A stretch of DNA of 64,000 bases from Bacteroidaceae bacterium (GTDB taxonomy: Bacteria > Bacteroidota > Bacteroidia > Bacteroidales > Barnesiellaceae_A): NCBI GenBank assembly GCA_017555825.1, contig JAFZFQ010000021.1:64459-128458 (forward strand). The letters run 5' to 3'. Shown here piece after piece: positions 1 through 8,924 of the stretch (the first letter of the stretch is position 1; each line of letters starts with the position of its first letter). The position numbers and the translations under genes were made by a program. The notes beneath the pieces are model-generated. The model was given only the letters and a program-made list of their open reading frames with translations, made no database searches and had not been told where the DNA came from.

Positions 1-2
1 TC

Positions 3-413
3 ATGCTCAACAACGCATCTACACACATATATCGCTACAATGACTCGATTGCTGTGATAGGTGTAGAGAATTGGGGCGAGCCCCCTTTTCAACAATATGG
101 TGACTTGGATGCTGCATATCCCAGCCTGCACAACGATACATACAAAATACTCATAAGCCACAATCCTCGACATTGGCGTGCAGTGGTACTGCCCCACAGC
201 AACATCGACCTGATGCTTGCCGGTCACACACATGCCTTGCAGACCGAGATATGCGGATACTCGCCCGTCAATGCAATATACCCCGAATGGGGCGGACTCT
301 ATAACGAAGACGAACAATATCTATATGTAAATATAGGTATCGGATGCACCATGACACCTACTCGCCTGGGTGCTACCCCCGAAGTAACATTGATAACTCT
401 CAAAAAGAAATAA
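3..413 (+). CDS. metallophosphoesterase (calcineurin-like), C-terminal part; the ORF is open to the window edge, so the true start is probably upstream
   Basis: The ORF-track protein carries the C-terminal metallophosphoesterase signature LAGHTHALQ (GHxH). The next gene starts 4 nt downstream. Confidence 0.6.
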   Translation: MLNNASTHIYRYNDSIAVIGVENWGEPPFQQYGDLDAAYPSLHNDTYKILISHNPRHWRAVVLPHSNIDLMLAGHTHALQTEICGYSPVNAIYPEWGGLYNEDEQYLYVNIGIGCTMTPTRLGATPEVTLITLKKK

Positions 414-416
414 AAT

Positions 417-794
417 ATGTCCAAAGCACTTCTAAGCCTTGGAGCTAACACGCCCGACAAGAAACAACGTCTTGCCGATGCCATGTCTGCTATAGCTCAA
501 ATAGCTCACATCGAGAATCAAACACCCATATACGAAACGGCAGCCGAAGGATCTGTAGCAACCCTGCCATACGCCAACGCTTTGATGTTGATAGAAACAA
601 GCGCCGAGTATGAAGCTCTACGAGCCACATTCAAGCAATGGGAGCGCAATGCGGGTCGCACCCCCGAGAGCAAAGCCCAAGGACTCATACCGCTCGACAT
701 CGACATCGTTGTCTGGGACGAGCAAGTAATCAAAGAGCGAGACATGGAATTTGAATACATGAAGTTGGGCATGAAGCTACTCAAGGAGAAATAA
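417..794 (+). CDS. HPPK (FolK)-like protein, short form
   Basis: 125 aa. By eye it matches 6-hydroxymethyl-dihydropterin pyrophosphokinase landmarks: LLSLGAN (cf. IGSN), PIYETAAEG, YANALMLIETS (cf. YLNAAVxLET), AGR, PLDIDIVVW (cf. LDLDIL). The C-terminal third of canonical HPPK is absent. Confidence 0.45.
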   Translation: MSKALLSLGANTPDKKQRLADAMSAIAQIAHIENQTPIYETAAEGSVATLPYANALMLIETSAEYEALRATFKQWERNAGRTPESKAQGLIPLDIDIVVWDEQVIKERDMEFEYMKLGMKLLKEK

Positions 795-824
795 AGAAGA
801 ATAATACAAGCTATCACAAAGGCT

Positions 825-2168
825 ATGAAAAATCTACTTTGGACGATTTCTACCATTGTACTATTATTGTGTGGCACAAATGCCACAGCACACGATTTTG
901 AGGTAGACGGATTTTACTACAACATTATAAGCAACGACGACAATTGGGCTGAGGTTACTTATAGAGGCAACACTGCGCTTGAATATCAAGATGAGTATAC
1001 CGACGATATTGCAATACCCAACATGGTAGAGTATAACGGTTGTGTGTATGCTGTAACATCACTAAATGACAGTGCGTTTTACCACTGCTCAAAGATTACT
1101 TCTACAACTATTCATGACGGGATAACATCGATAGGCGACGCAGCCTATGAGGGATGCTCGGCACTACACTATGTAGAGTACAACGCCACAAGGTGCAACA
1201 CAGGCGCTTATGTATTCGCCCTATGCAACAAACTCGAAACCATAAAGATAGGACATCAGGTAAAGAGCATTCCCGGGGGCTTGTTCAGTGGCTGTAGGGG
1301 CGTAACAGAGCTTACAATACCCGACAATGTAATGACTATAGGAAATGGTGCTTTCTCGGGATGCACCGGGCTACAAACACTGACTATAGGCAACGGTACA
1401 ACATCGATAGGCCTATATGCATTTAAAGACTGTATTGCTCTACAAGATATAGTTTGGGGCAGCAAGGTTACTGCAATAAACCGCTCGACCTTTGAGAACT
1501 GCTCGGCCATCACGCGCATAAGCCTACCCAACCGAGTTTCTACAATAGACGAAAGCGCCTTTAAAAATTGTAGCGCTCTACGACACATCTATCTACCCAA
1601 TAGTGTGATAGAGATAGGCGAATATGCCTTTACAGGGTGCTGTTCGCTCGACAGCATTGTTATCCCCAGCCGCATTACTCGCATCGAGACAGGAACATTC
1701 AAAGATTGTACCTCGCTGTCGAGCATTGTCATCCCCGAGAATATTACCAAAATAGGCAACTACGCTTTCTACAACTGCATAGGCCTGAAGGAGATAAACT
1801 CACAAGCCATCAACCCGCCCACAGTATCGGCCGAAACATTTTATAATATAGACCGAAATATACCGCTCTATGTACCCACTGCAAGTGTTGCTTTGTATCA
1901 ATCGGCTGCATATTGGAGCGAGTTTGACAACATTACCGAGTACCAATCGGGCATTGTAAGCACAAACACCAACAATCACATCACAATAACTACCAACGGT
2001 GGTATACTAAACATAGAAGGTTGCACTCCCAATGCCATTGTAAACATTTACACAACCAATGGCACACTCCTACACAGCCTAAAAGAAAGCCACGCAACAG
2101 GCATTGCCCTGCCACGTGGCATATATCTCGTACAGATAGGTAACTCTATCGAGAAAGTGGTATTCTAA
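825..2168 (+). CDS. BspA-type leucine-rich-repeat surface protein with T9SS C-terminal sorting domain
   Basis: 447 aa with signal peptide MKNLLWTISTIVLLLCGTNATA. More than 10 tandem ~23-aa LRR units fit the pattern I..IG..AF..C..L..I.IP. The C-terminal ~75 aa end in GIYLVQIGNSIEKVVF, typical of type-A T9SS CTDs. Confidence 0.8.
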   Translation: MKNLLWTISTIVLLLCGTNATAHDFEVDGFYYNIISNDDNWAEVTYRGNTALEYQDEYTDDIAIPNMVEYNGCVYAVTSLNDSAFYHCSKITSTTIHDGITSIGDAAYEGCSALHYVEYNATRCNTGAYVFALCNKLETIKIGHQVKSIPGGLFSGCRGVTELTIPDNVMTIGNGAFSGCTGLQTLTIGNGTTSIGLYAFKDCIALQDIVWGSKVTAINRSTFENCSAITRISLPNRVSTIDESAFKNCSALRHIYLPNSVIEIGEYAFTGCCSLDSIVIPSRITRIETGTFKDCTSLSSIVIPENITKIGNYAFYNCIGLKEINSQAINPPTVSAETFYNIDRNIPLYVPTASVALYQSAAYWSEFDNITEYQSGIVSTNTNNHITITTNGGILNIEGCTPNAIVNIYTTNGTLLHSLKESHATGIALPRGIYLVQIGNSIEKVVF

Positions 2169-2170
2169 TT

Positions 2171-2461
2171 CTACAAAGCTTGTAAACGACGACGGAATGC
2201 TATAGCTATATTGCGACGAGCATAGTCATTAACAGAAACAAAGGTTGTTCTTCTCATCAGCTCTTCAAGTGACATTTCAAACAAGAGCTTTGCCAAGCAC
2301 TCATCTGCAAAAGAGTTTGACACAACCTCTACTCCATCAAAATCGAGTATTACTTTGTCATTTTCTCTAATGAGAGGCAGTAAGGTTTCACGCACTTTGG
2401 CTCCAAGCAGCCTGGTTCCAAGAGCACTGTTTACTTCCTTAAACTTAAAAACCACATTCAT
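2171..2461 (-). CDS. STAS-like domain protein (DUF4325 family)
   Basis: 96 aa. The core ILDFDGVEVVSNSFADECLAKL matches the DUF4325/STAS-like pattern (ldF.gV..isssFaDE). It lies 32 nt downstream of the GHKL ATPase gene on the same strand, in an AT-rich segment. Confidence 0.7.
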   Translation of the reverse strand: MNVVFKFKEVNSALGTRLLGAKVRETLLPLIRENDKVILDFDGVEVVSNSFADECLAKLLFEMSLEELMRRTTFVSVNDYARRNIAIAFRRRLQAL

Positions 2462-2493
2462 ATATCATTCCTTTCTATTCAATCCGAAAAATA

Positions 2494-3150
2494 CTACCAT
2501 AAATTATCCAAATCATCTTCCATACAAAATGTATCATTATATTGAGCCTCACAATCCGTTCTATTATCAACAACTTCATTGGGGTCAATCTCACGATTAG
2601 AATGTAATTCTAAATAAATTATGGTACCACTCCATTTTTTCTCGTGACACACACATGTGTCAACACCATCATATATCAATTTATACTCTCCGGAATGGAC
2701 TTCCAATCTTATACCCACATTCTTTATCAAACGTGCAGTAGAATATAAGCCAAAACCCATTCCTTTACCGTCAGTCACGCCATCTTCTATACATATCTTG
2801 ACAGCCTCTTCTTCCGTAACATGTGCATACTTTTCATTGACACGCAATGAATTAGCCACGCCAACACCATCATCGGCTACAAGTATTTGTATTTTGCTAT
2901 TTTCGGGCAAATAACACATTATAGCCGTTCCACATTGTCTTTCAGAATGTGTTAAGACATTATCCAACACTTCATAAAAGCAATAACTAAGTGACTGTAA
3001 TACACTTATCTCAATATCCGGCTTACTATTTAACAAACCAACAATATCATTGTATGTATTATAAATAGTATCTGAATCAAATACTTCAATCATTGGAGAT
3101 GAATAACTATCTCCAAAATAACGATTTATGAGTCTATCTATATTCATCAC
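2494..3150 (-). CDS. GHKL-superfamily ATPase / SpoIIAB-RsbW-like kinase-fold protein
   Basis: 218 aa. N-box EVLDNVLTHS, G1 box VADDGVGV and G2 box GKGMGFGL are all present. The gene is AT-rich compared with its neighbours. Confidence 0.7.
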   Translation of the reverse strand: MMNIDRLINRYFGDSYSSPMIEVFDSDTIYNTYNDIVGLLNSKPDIEISVLQSLSYCFYEVLDNVLTHSERQCGTAIMCYLPENSKIQILVADDGVGVANSLRVNEKYAHVTEEEAVKICIEDGVTDGKGMGFGLYSTARLIKNVGIRLEVHSGEYKLIYDGVDTCVCHEKKWSGTIIYLELHSNREIDPNEVVDNRTDCEAQYNDTFCMEDDLDNLW

Positions 3151-3364
3151 CGCAAATATAATATAATATTCTTACAAAAGACATGATTATCAATCTTTTT
3201 TCCAAAAGATTGACGACAGCAACCATTAACATCACATTCCATTTTATATTTATATTTGTTAATTTTTGTTATTATTAAAACATTATTAGTGTCCGATAAT
3301 TCTAATCGAAAATTACCTACCACACTCCGGTCATTTTAGCACCTTATAGTTATCACAATAATAC

Positions 3365-3399
3365 CACGCCCCGCGAAGTCGAAGACCAAGCGGGGCGTG
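3365..3399 (-). terminator. hairpin downstream of the transporter gene
   Basis: 10-bp GC-rich stem CACGCCCCGC / GCGGGGCGTG with a 15-nt loop, 89 nt past the stop of the minus-strand gene ending at 3488. The T-tract is weak. Confidence 0.45.
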
Positions 3400-3487
3400 T
3401 TGTGTTATGGGTTGTTATCCTTGCGTCAGTGCGAAATCATGTGCCGAAGCGGCTGTCGCAGTTTATTACCTCATAAGACACAATGTC

Positions 3488-5161
3488 TTATGCCAAGGCA
3501 AGGATAAGGATTTGAGCTGTGAGGATGCGCAAGAACATGGTGAGCGGATATACCGTTGTATAGGCTACCGAGGGGGCATCGTTGTTGGCTACTTTGTTGC
3601 TATAGGCAAGTGCGGGGGGATCGGTGCAAGCTCCCGACATGAGACCCATGATGGTATAATAGTTGAGCTTGTAGTATCCACGAGCTACCGAACCTACGAT
3701 AAGCAGCGGAATGAGGGTGATGAGGAAGCCCCACAATACCCACATGAGACCACCTTTCATGATAGTGCTTACAAATTCACCACCGGCACCGATACCTACG
3801 CTGGCAAGGAAGAGGCAGATACCTACCTCGCGCAACATGAGGTTGGCGCTTGTAGAGGTGTAGGTGGTGAGGTGCATCTTGTGGCCAAAGCGACCTATGA
3901 GGATGGCTATGATAAGGGGACCACCGGCAAGACCCAACTTCAAGGGCACTGGCATACCGGGCACTGCGAAGGGCATGCTACCAAACACGATACCTACCAT
4001 GATACCAATGAAGATGGTAAAGAGATTGGGGTGGTTGAGGTGCTTCATCGAGTTGCCTAACTTCTCGGCCAAGCGGTCGATGTCTTCGTTCTTACCCACT
4101 ACGGTAACAAGATCACCCATTTGCAAGGCGAGGTTGGGGCTGGCAAGAAGGTCTACACCTGCACGAGTCACGCGGGTAACGTTGAGGCGATAACCCATGC
4201 GCAAGCGCATAGAACCCAATTTGCGACCGTTATACTCCTCCTTCGATACCAATATGCTGCGCGATACAACGGGTGCTTGTATAGCCTCCCAGTCCATCTC
4301 TACCTTGGGGCCGATAAAGGCTGTCAAGGCCTCTTCGTCCGACTCCGAGAGTACGCAGAGCAAGAGGTCTTTGTCCTCGATTACAGTAGTAGAGTTGGGA
4401 ATGATTACCTCGTCGTTGCGCTTGATGCGCGATACAACGAAGTTGCGGTTTATCATCGTTGCCAACTCGCTGAGTGTGCGACCTACGATGAGCTTATTCT
4501 CGATGCTGTAGGTGATAATGTGGGGAGCCAATTGGCTGTCGTTTTGCTCACGCTCTATTTGCTCGGTCTCCTCATTAAACTTCACACGGAAGATGGCGCG
4601 AATGATGATCATGGCCAAGATAATGCCCACAACGCCCAAGGGATAGGCTACGGCATATCCGAGCGCAAGTTGGGGTACTTGTGTGATGACGCCCTCGGTA
4701 TACAATTGGTTGAGAGCTTGCTCTGCTGCACCCAAACCGGGGGTGTTGGTGATGGCACCCGAGAGGATACCTACAATCATGAGACCGATGCTATCGTCGA
4801 AGAAGTAGATAACAAGCGCTACAACGATGTTGAGTGCAATGATTGCCATTGCCATCATGTTGAGCTTGATACCTTCGCTCTTGAATGATGCAAAGAAACC
4901 AGGTCCGACTTGCAGACCGATAGAGAATACAAAGAGTATAAGACCAAACTCTTTGACAAAGTGGAGAATCTCACCATCGACACCGAGGCCGAAGTGTCCC
5001 AACAAAATGCCCACGAAGAGCACAAAGGTAACACCAAGAGAAACGCCAAAAATCTTGACACGTCCCAGCAATACACCGGCCGCAATTACCAAGGCATAGA
5101 GAAATGCCGTATGTGCGATAGATGTACCACAGATGAGGTCAGTAAACCATTTCAATTCCAT
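3488..5161 (-). CDS. YidE/YbjL (AspT-type) duplicated-domain transporter with two central TrkA-C-like domains
   Basis: Two hydrophobic halves flank a soluble region (two RCK_C-like segments, e.g. LIVGRTLSEL... and GRKLGSMRL...). The start is set at MELKWFTDLI (ATG complement at 5159-5161) because a minus-strand TAccTTTG box lies at 5216-5223. The ORF track extends to 5242. Confidence 0.8.
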   Translation of the reverse strand: MELKWFTDLICGTSIAHTAFLYALVIAAGVLLGRVKIFGVSLGVTFVLFVGILLGHFGLGVDGEILHFVKEFGLILFVFSIGLQVGPGFFASFKSEGIKLNMMAMAIIALNIVVALVIYFFDDSIGLMIVGILSGAITNTPGLGAAEQALNQLYTEGVITQVPQLALGYAVAYPLGVVGIILAMIIIRAIFRVKFNEETEQIEREQNDSQLAPHIITYSIENKLIVGRTLSELATMINRNFVVSRIKRNDEVIIPNSTTVIEDKDLLLCVLSESDEEALTAFIGPKVEMDWEAIQAPVVSRSILVSKEEYNGRKLGSMRLRMGYRLNVTRVTRAGVDLLASPNLALQMGDLVTVVGKNEDIDRLAEKLGNSMKHLNHPNLFTIFIGIMVGIVFGSMPFAVPGMPVPLKLGLAGGPLIIAILIGRFGHKMHLTTYTSTSANLMLREVGICLFLASVGIGAGGEFVSTIMKGGLMWVLWGFLITLIPLLIVGSVARGYYKLNYYTIMGLMSGACTDPPALAYSNKVANNDAPSVAYTTVYPLTMFLRILTAQILILALA

Positions 5162-5286
5162 TGTCCTGATTTTAGTGTGGTTTGTTATTAAAAACTGATA
5201 ATTATTTTCGTGGTGCAAAGGTAGATAAAATAAGCGTCTCAATCAACAAAAGCCCGTTTTATATTTTTTCACCGTTACGAAAACGT

Positions 5287-5294
5287 TATCTTTG
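5287..5294 (+). promoter_or_regulatory. Bacteroides-type -7 box TATCTTTG upstream of the HAD phosphatase gene
   Basis: Exact TAnnTTTG match 24 nt upstream of the ATG at 5318. Confidence 0.45.
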
Positions 5295-5317
5295 TAGTTG
5301 TTAATAACACAAAAAAG

Positions 5318-5965
5318 ATGAAGCGACTTGTAATATTTGACCTCGATGGTACACTGCTTGACACTATCGAAGACCTTGCCGTATCGACCAACTATGCCCT
5401 TGGCGAGTGTGGATATCCCTTGCACGAGGTGAACGAATATCCGCATTTTGTGGGTAATGGTATAAGTAAACTCATAGAACGTGCCTTGCCGGCCGAAGCT
5501 CGTACTACCGACGAGATAGCGCGTGTAATGCAGGTGTTTATGTCGTACTACGACGCACACAGCGCCGACTATACCCATCCATACGCCGGTGTAGAGGCGT
5601 TGCTCACGACACTACACGAGCGAGGTGTGATGCTGGCTGTGGCGTCGAACAAATACCACAGTGCCACGTTGCAGATTGTGGCACACTACTTCCCCACTAT
5701 ACCTTTTGTAGCCGTGCTGGGACAGCGTGACGATGTGCCCAAGAAGCCCCATCCGGCCATTGTACACGAAATACTTGCCACAGCCAACGTGGAGGCGCAT
5801 GAGGCGCTGTATGTGGGCGACTCCGATGTCGATATGCACACAGCATCATCGGCCGGCGTAGAGTCGGTGGGAGTTACTTGGGGTTTTCGTCCCGAAGAGT
5901 GCCTGCGCGAGGCAGGTGCATGCCACATCATACATCGCGCCGAGCAACTCTTGCAGTGGCTGTGA
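5318..5965 (+). CDS. gph: HAD-superfamily hydrolase, phosphoglycolate phosphatase-like
   Basis: 215 aa. HAD motif I is IFDLDGTLLDT, motif II VASNK and motif IV YVGDSDVD. Confidence 0.7.
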   Translation: MKRLVIFDLDGTLLDTIEDLAVSTNYALGECGYPLHEVNEYPHFVGNGISKLIERALPAEARTTDEIARVMQVFMSYYDAHSADYTHPYAGVEALLTTLHERGVMLAVASNKYHSATLQIVAHYFPTIPFVAVLGQRDDVPKKPHPAIVHEILATANVEAHEALYVGDSDVDMHTASSAGVESVGVTWGFRPEECLREAGACHIIHRAEQLLQWL

Positions 5966-5967
5966 GG

Positions 5968-6723
5968 CTATAAGCCCGGTTCTTTATCTACATCGAAGCC
6001 TTGCTCGCGATAGTAGGCCATCGTGTGCTTGCCTATCGACTCGTCGTAGTAATCGACCATCTGTTGGCTCCAGGGTATGTATCGTGCAAGGGTATGGCTC
6101 TCGTTGTGACGGCCTATTTGGTCGTCGTATTTCTCCAATTTCTCTGCCACGCCATTGTCGCTGTAGTAGTTGTGGTGTATAAATAGCGACTGCTCTTGTT
6201 TGGGACGCTTGTCGGGTATCTCACGCGGGTATCCTATTGTGAGTCCGCACACAATGGCAGTATCTTGGGGTAACTTGAGTAGTCGCGACAGCTCCTCGGG
6301 GGCAGCAGTGCGTATATAGCCTATGCAACAGCAACCAAGTCCCAATCCCTCGGCCATGATGCGTGCATTGCTCATGGCTATGGTGGCATCAATAGCACCT
6401 ACAAGTATGCCGTCGAGCGTATGCTGTATGGGTTGTAGTTGCAATCCCTTGGCTTGTGCATAGACATCCATCTTGTGATAGTCGCTCACAAATACAAGAA
6501 ATAGCGCACAGGTCTTTATCTGCTTTTGCTTGGTGAGCTCGTAGATTTGCTCTTTCAGTTCTTGGTCTTCAATAGCAATCACGCCGAACTGTTGTCCGTT
6601 GTGGCTGGTAGGCGAGGTAGTGATGGCATCATATATGAGTTGCTTCTTCTCGTCTTCTATAGCCATGCGCTCGTAGCGTCGCACCGAGCGTCTTTCCAAT
6701 ATCGTTTCTACAATGTTTTTCAT
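5968..6723 (-). CDS. nitroreductase family protein
   Basis: N-terminal ILERRSVRRY is the classic nitroreductase FMN-binding start. The ORF track starts at 6759 and internal Met codons lie at 6747 and 6723. A minus-strand TAcaTTTG box sits at 6789-6796. The start choice is uncertain. Confidence 0.75.
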   Translation of the reverse strand: MKNIVETILERRSVRRYERMAIEDEKKQLIYDAITTSPTSHNGQQFGVIAIEDQELKEQIYELTKQKQIKTCALFLVFVSDYHKMDVYAQAKGLQLQPIQHTLDGILVGAIDATIAMSNARIMAEGLGLGCCCIGYIRTAAPEELSRLLKLPQDTAIVCGLTIGYPREIPDKRPKQEQSLFIHHNYYSDNGVAEKLEKYDDQIGRHNESHTLARYIPWSQQMVDYYDESIGKHTMAYYREQGFDVDKEPGL

Positions 6724-6853
6724 AGATTTATGAGGTATTTTATTCATTTTACAATACAATATGCATCAAGCAACAAGGCTTGACTGTGCAAATGTATATA
6801 CGCACAAGGTTAAATGCAAGCAAATTGTATAAAATATTCTAAAACAAACGGTA

Positions 6854-6937
6854 AATAGCACCCATTTTTTGTGGGGATTACATCTTATATATAGACAACA
6901 ACTCCCCAATCGCGCGACCGGGGAGTTGTTATATGGT
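6854..6937. repeat. 84-bp direct repeat, copy 1 (contains an 11-bp-stem hairpin)
   Basis: AATAGCACCCATTTTTTGTGGGGATTACATC...AACAACTCCCCAATCGCGCGACCGGGGAGTTGTTATATGGT is identical to 8925-9008 except for one base (A/G). Confidence 0.95.
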
Positions 6938-6974
6938 AAAATATAGGATATGAGCTAAATTACACTGAGTAATT

Positions 6975-8357
6975 CTAATTCAATAAACTTAAATCAATAT
7001 CCGGAACTATTACCTCAGCAAGTTTATCCTTAATAAGGAATCCCATATAGAGCGGGATTGTAAGTACCCCTTCTTCGCGCCCTACATTATATACACCCAA
7101 TTTAATCGCATTATTAACATGATAAACGCTTTTGTTCTTTAGCACCGTATTTAAGCTTTTTGCTTTGCCCGATTTCGCTTTAATCTCAAGCACTACACAT
7201 TCGCCTTTGTATCTCACAAGAAAATCCAGTTCGAGACCACTATCCTTCTGGAAATAATACAACTTTTGTCCACTCTTACACAGGAAATCGGCCATAAGAT
7301 TCTCAAATATAGCACCTTTATAGCCCAAAAGATTTCCTTTGAGAATATCGGCCTGTGTGCCATAGTCCAGCATAGCAATAAGCATACCAATATCCGTAGT
7401 GTATAACTTAAAGCAATCCTTTATCGAATTGCCCTCAAGAGGCAACTCCGTAATCTGTGTATTATAACATCTTCTTACCAAGCCTGCATCCTCAAGCCAT
7501 TGGATACTACCTATATATTGAGACGACCGCCCTCCTTTTCGCACTATAGAATACTGAAATTTCTTATTCTCTTTGGCCAATTGTTTTGGAATGGACTCAA
7601 AGCACTCTCTGATTCGCGATTTGTCGGCATCATCTGCATACTTAATCATATCCTCCTCATATTCTGTAATAAGGCTGCGCTGCATCTTGTATGTGAGATC
7701 GATATTTTTTGTTTCAAGAAATGTATTAACCACCTCAGGTAGGCCACCAACTATGACATATCTGTACAACAGTTCCATCATTACCTTATGAACGCCATCT
7801 GGAACGACAGTCTCACTCTCAAAACAAGCTTTTACCGAGTCAATAACCTGTTCGTTGATACCATTTGCCCACAAAAACTCCTCAAAATCCAAAGGATACA
7901 TTTCTACCACCGTCTCATACCCTACAGGTATAGAGTCTTGACCATCCGCTTTATTCTTTTCACTTTTACCATATCCTCTTACACCCAAGAGCGAACCTGT
8001 GGCAATGATATCAAAACGGCCATCTATTTGGAATGACTTTAATGCAGTTCGTGCTTCTCTACACTCCTGAATTTCGTCAAGAATAATGCAAGTTTTTCCT
8101 TTAACAAAACGACTGCCGGGTAACAGAGCCGATAAGTTGAGAATAATGGTATCAACATCTATACTACCGGTAAAGGCCGACTTTTTATCAGGATCAAGAA
8201 TAAAGTTTATATAAACCACACTCTCAAAATTCTCTTTCGCGAATTTCTGAACAATGTATGTTTTTCCGCATTGTCGGATACCTTTTATCACAAGCGGCTT
8301 TCTATTTTTAGAGTTCATCCACTCTGCCAATACAGACTCTATTTTTCTTTTAAGCAT
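6975..8357 (-). CDS. AAA-family ATPase of the AAA_14/DUF4143 type
   Basis: Walker A is GIRQCGKTY and Walker B is CIILDEIQ. The C-terminal half resembles the DUF4143 region. The start is set at MLKRKIESVLAEW (8357); the ORF track extends to 8417. Confidence 0.8.
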   Translation of the reverse strand: MLKRKIESVLAEWMNSKNRKPLVIKGIRQCGKTYIVQKFAKENFESVVYINFILDPDKKSAFTGSIDVDTIILNLSALLPGSRFVKGKTCIILDEIQECREARTALKSFQIDGRFDIIATGSLLGVRGYGKSEKNKADGQDSIPVGYETVVEMYPLDFEEFLWANGINEQVIDSVKACFESETVVPDGVHKVMMELLYRYVIVGGLPEVVNTFLETKNIDLTYKMQRSLITEYEEDMIKYADDADKSRIRECFESIPKQLAKENKKFQYSIVRKGGRSSQYIGSIQWLEDAGLVRRCYNTQITELPLEGNSIKDCFKLYTTDIGMLIAMLDYGTQADILKGNLLGYKGAIFENLMADFLCKSGQKLYYFQKDSGLELDFLVRYKGECVVLEIKAKSGKAKSLNTVLKNKSVYHVNNAIKLGVYNVGREEGVLTIPLYMGFLIKDKLAEVIVPDIDLSLLN

Positions 8358-8387
8358 CGTTTTTATTATTTTTCCACTGGCAAACAT

Positions 8388-8533
8388 ACACTTTTTCGAG
8401 CGAAAAAACAACAGCACAATACACTTTTTCGACCGAATATTTGTCGACTATTACATTTTTTCAAGCGAATAACTAAGCTTTGCTACACTTTTTCCAACGA
8501 ATAATTGAACCTTAATACACTTTTTCGACCGAA
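8388..8533. repeat. five phased 17-bp direct repeats (consensus ACACTTTTTCGACCGAA), period 32-33 bp
   Basis: Copies lie at 8388-8404, 8421-8437, 8453-8469, 8485-8501 and 8517-8533. They are separated by non-conserved 15-16-nt spacers and begin 31 nt upstream of the ATPase start codon. Confidence 0.9.
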
Positions 8534-8924
8534 AGAGAAACATACAACCTTGATAAAAGGTGCGTTTTCCTATAATACAACTATTAAAAAAAAGCGTTTA
8601 TCAGCTCCTGTGCGGTGGGGTATGTGCAAAAAAGAAAGTGTGGAGCCGATTCTCGTTTATCTATGTGACGGTTGTGGAAAGACCTTAGCAGTAATAAACG
8701 ATGCAATACCCCACACTTGGATAGTATGAGGTACATGCACAGAACGTGCATAGTTGCCACACAACTATACAAGCAATGAGTGCCATTCGTTGTCCTACTG
8801 CTTTGAAAACTTCCACATTTTCACATAAGAACAAAAGCGAAAAACACTTTCATTAATAAAATGTAAACCTTACTCCGCAGGGGGATAAGGATGTACAAAT
8901 ATAATGTTTTTTTCGCAAATAATG

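Noticed and set aside
3407-4888. Several + strand ORFs (217, 109, 255 and 104 aa) opposite the YidE/YbjL transporter gene
   Set aside because: They are shadow ORFs antisense to a well-supported membrane transporter. Their sequences are H/G/V/D-rich and motif-less, and they overlap one another in different frames.
8388-8533. Possibility that the phased 17-bp repeats are a miniature CRISPR array
   Set aside because: The repeats (17 nt) and spacers (15-16 nt) are far shorter than in any known CRISPR. The repeats are imperfect and no cas genes are adjacent. The real array in this window has an unrelated repeat.
8271-8729. 77-aa and 74-aa + strand ORFs upstream of the AAA ATPase gene (recurring NTLFRP/HTLFRA)
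   Set aside because: The recurring peptide comes from the 17-bp phased repeats. The 32-33-bp period shifts the frame between copies, so the conservation is at nucleotide level, not protein level.
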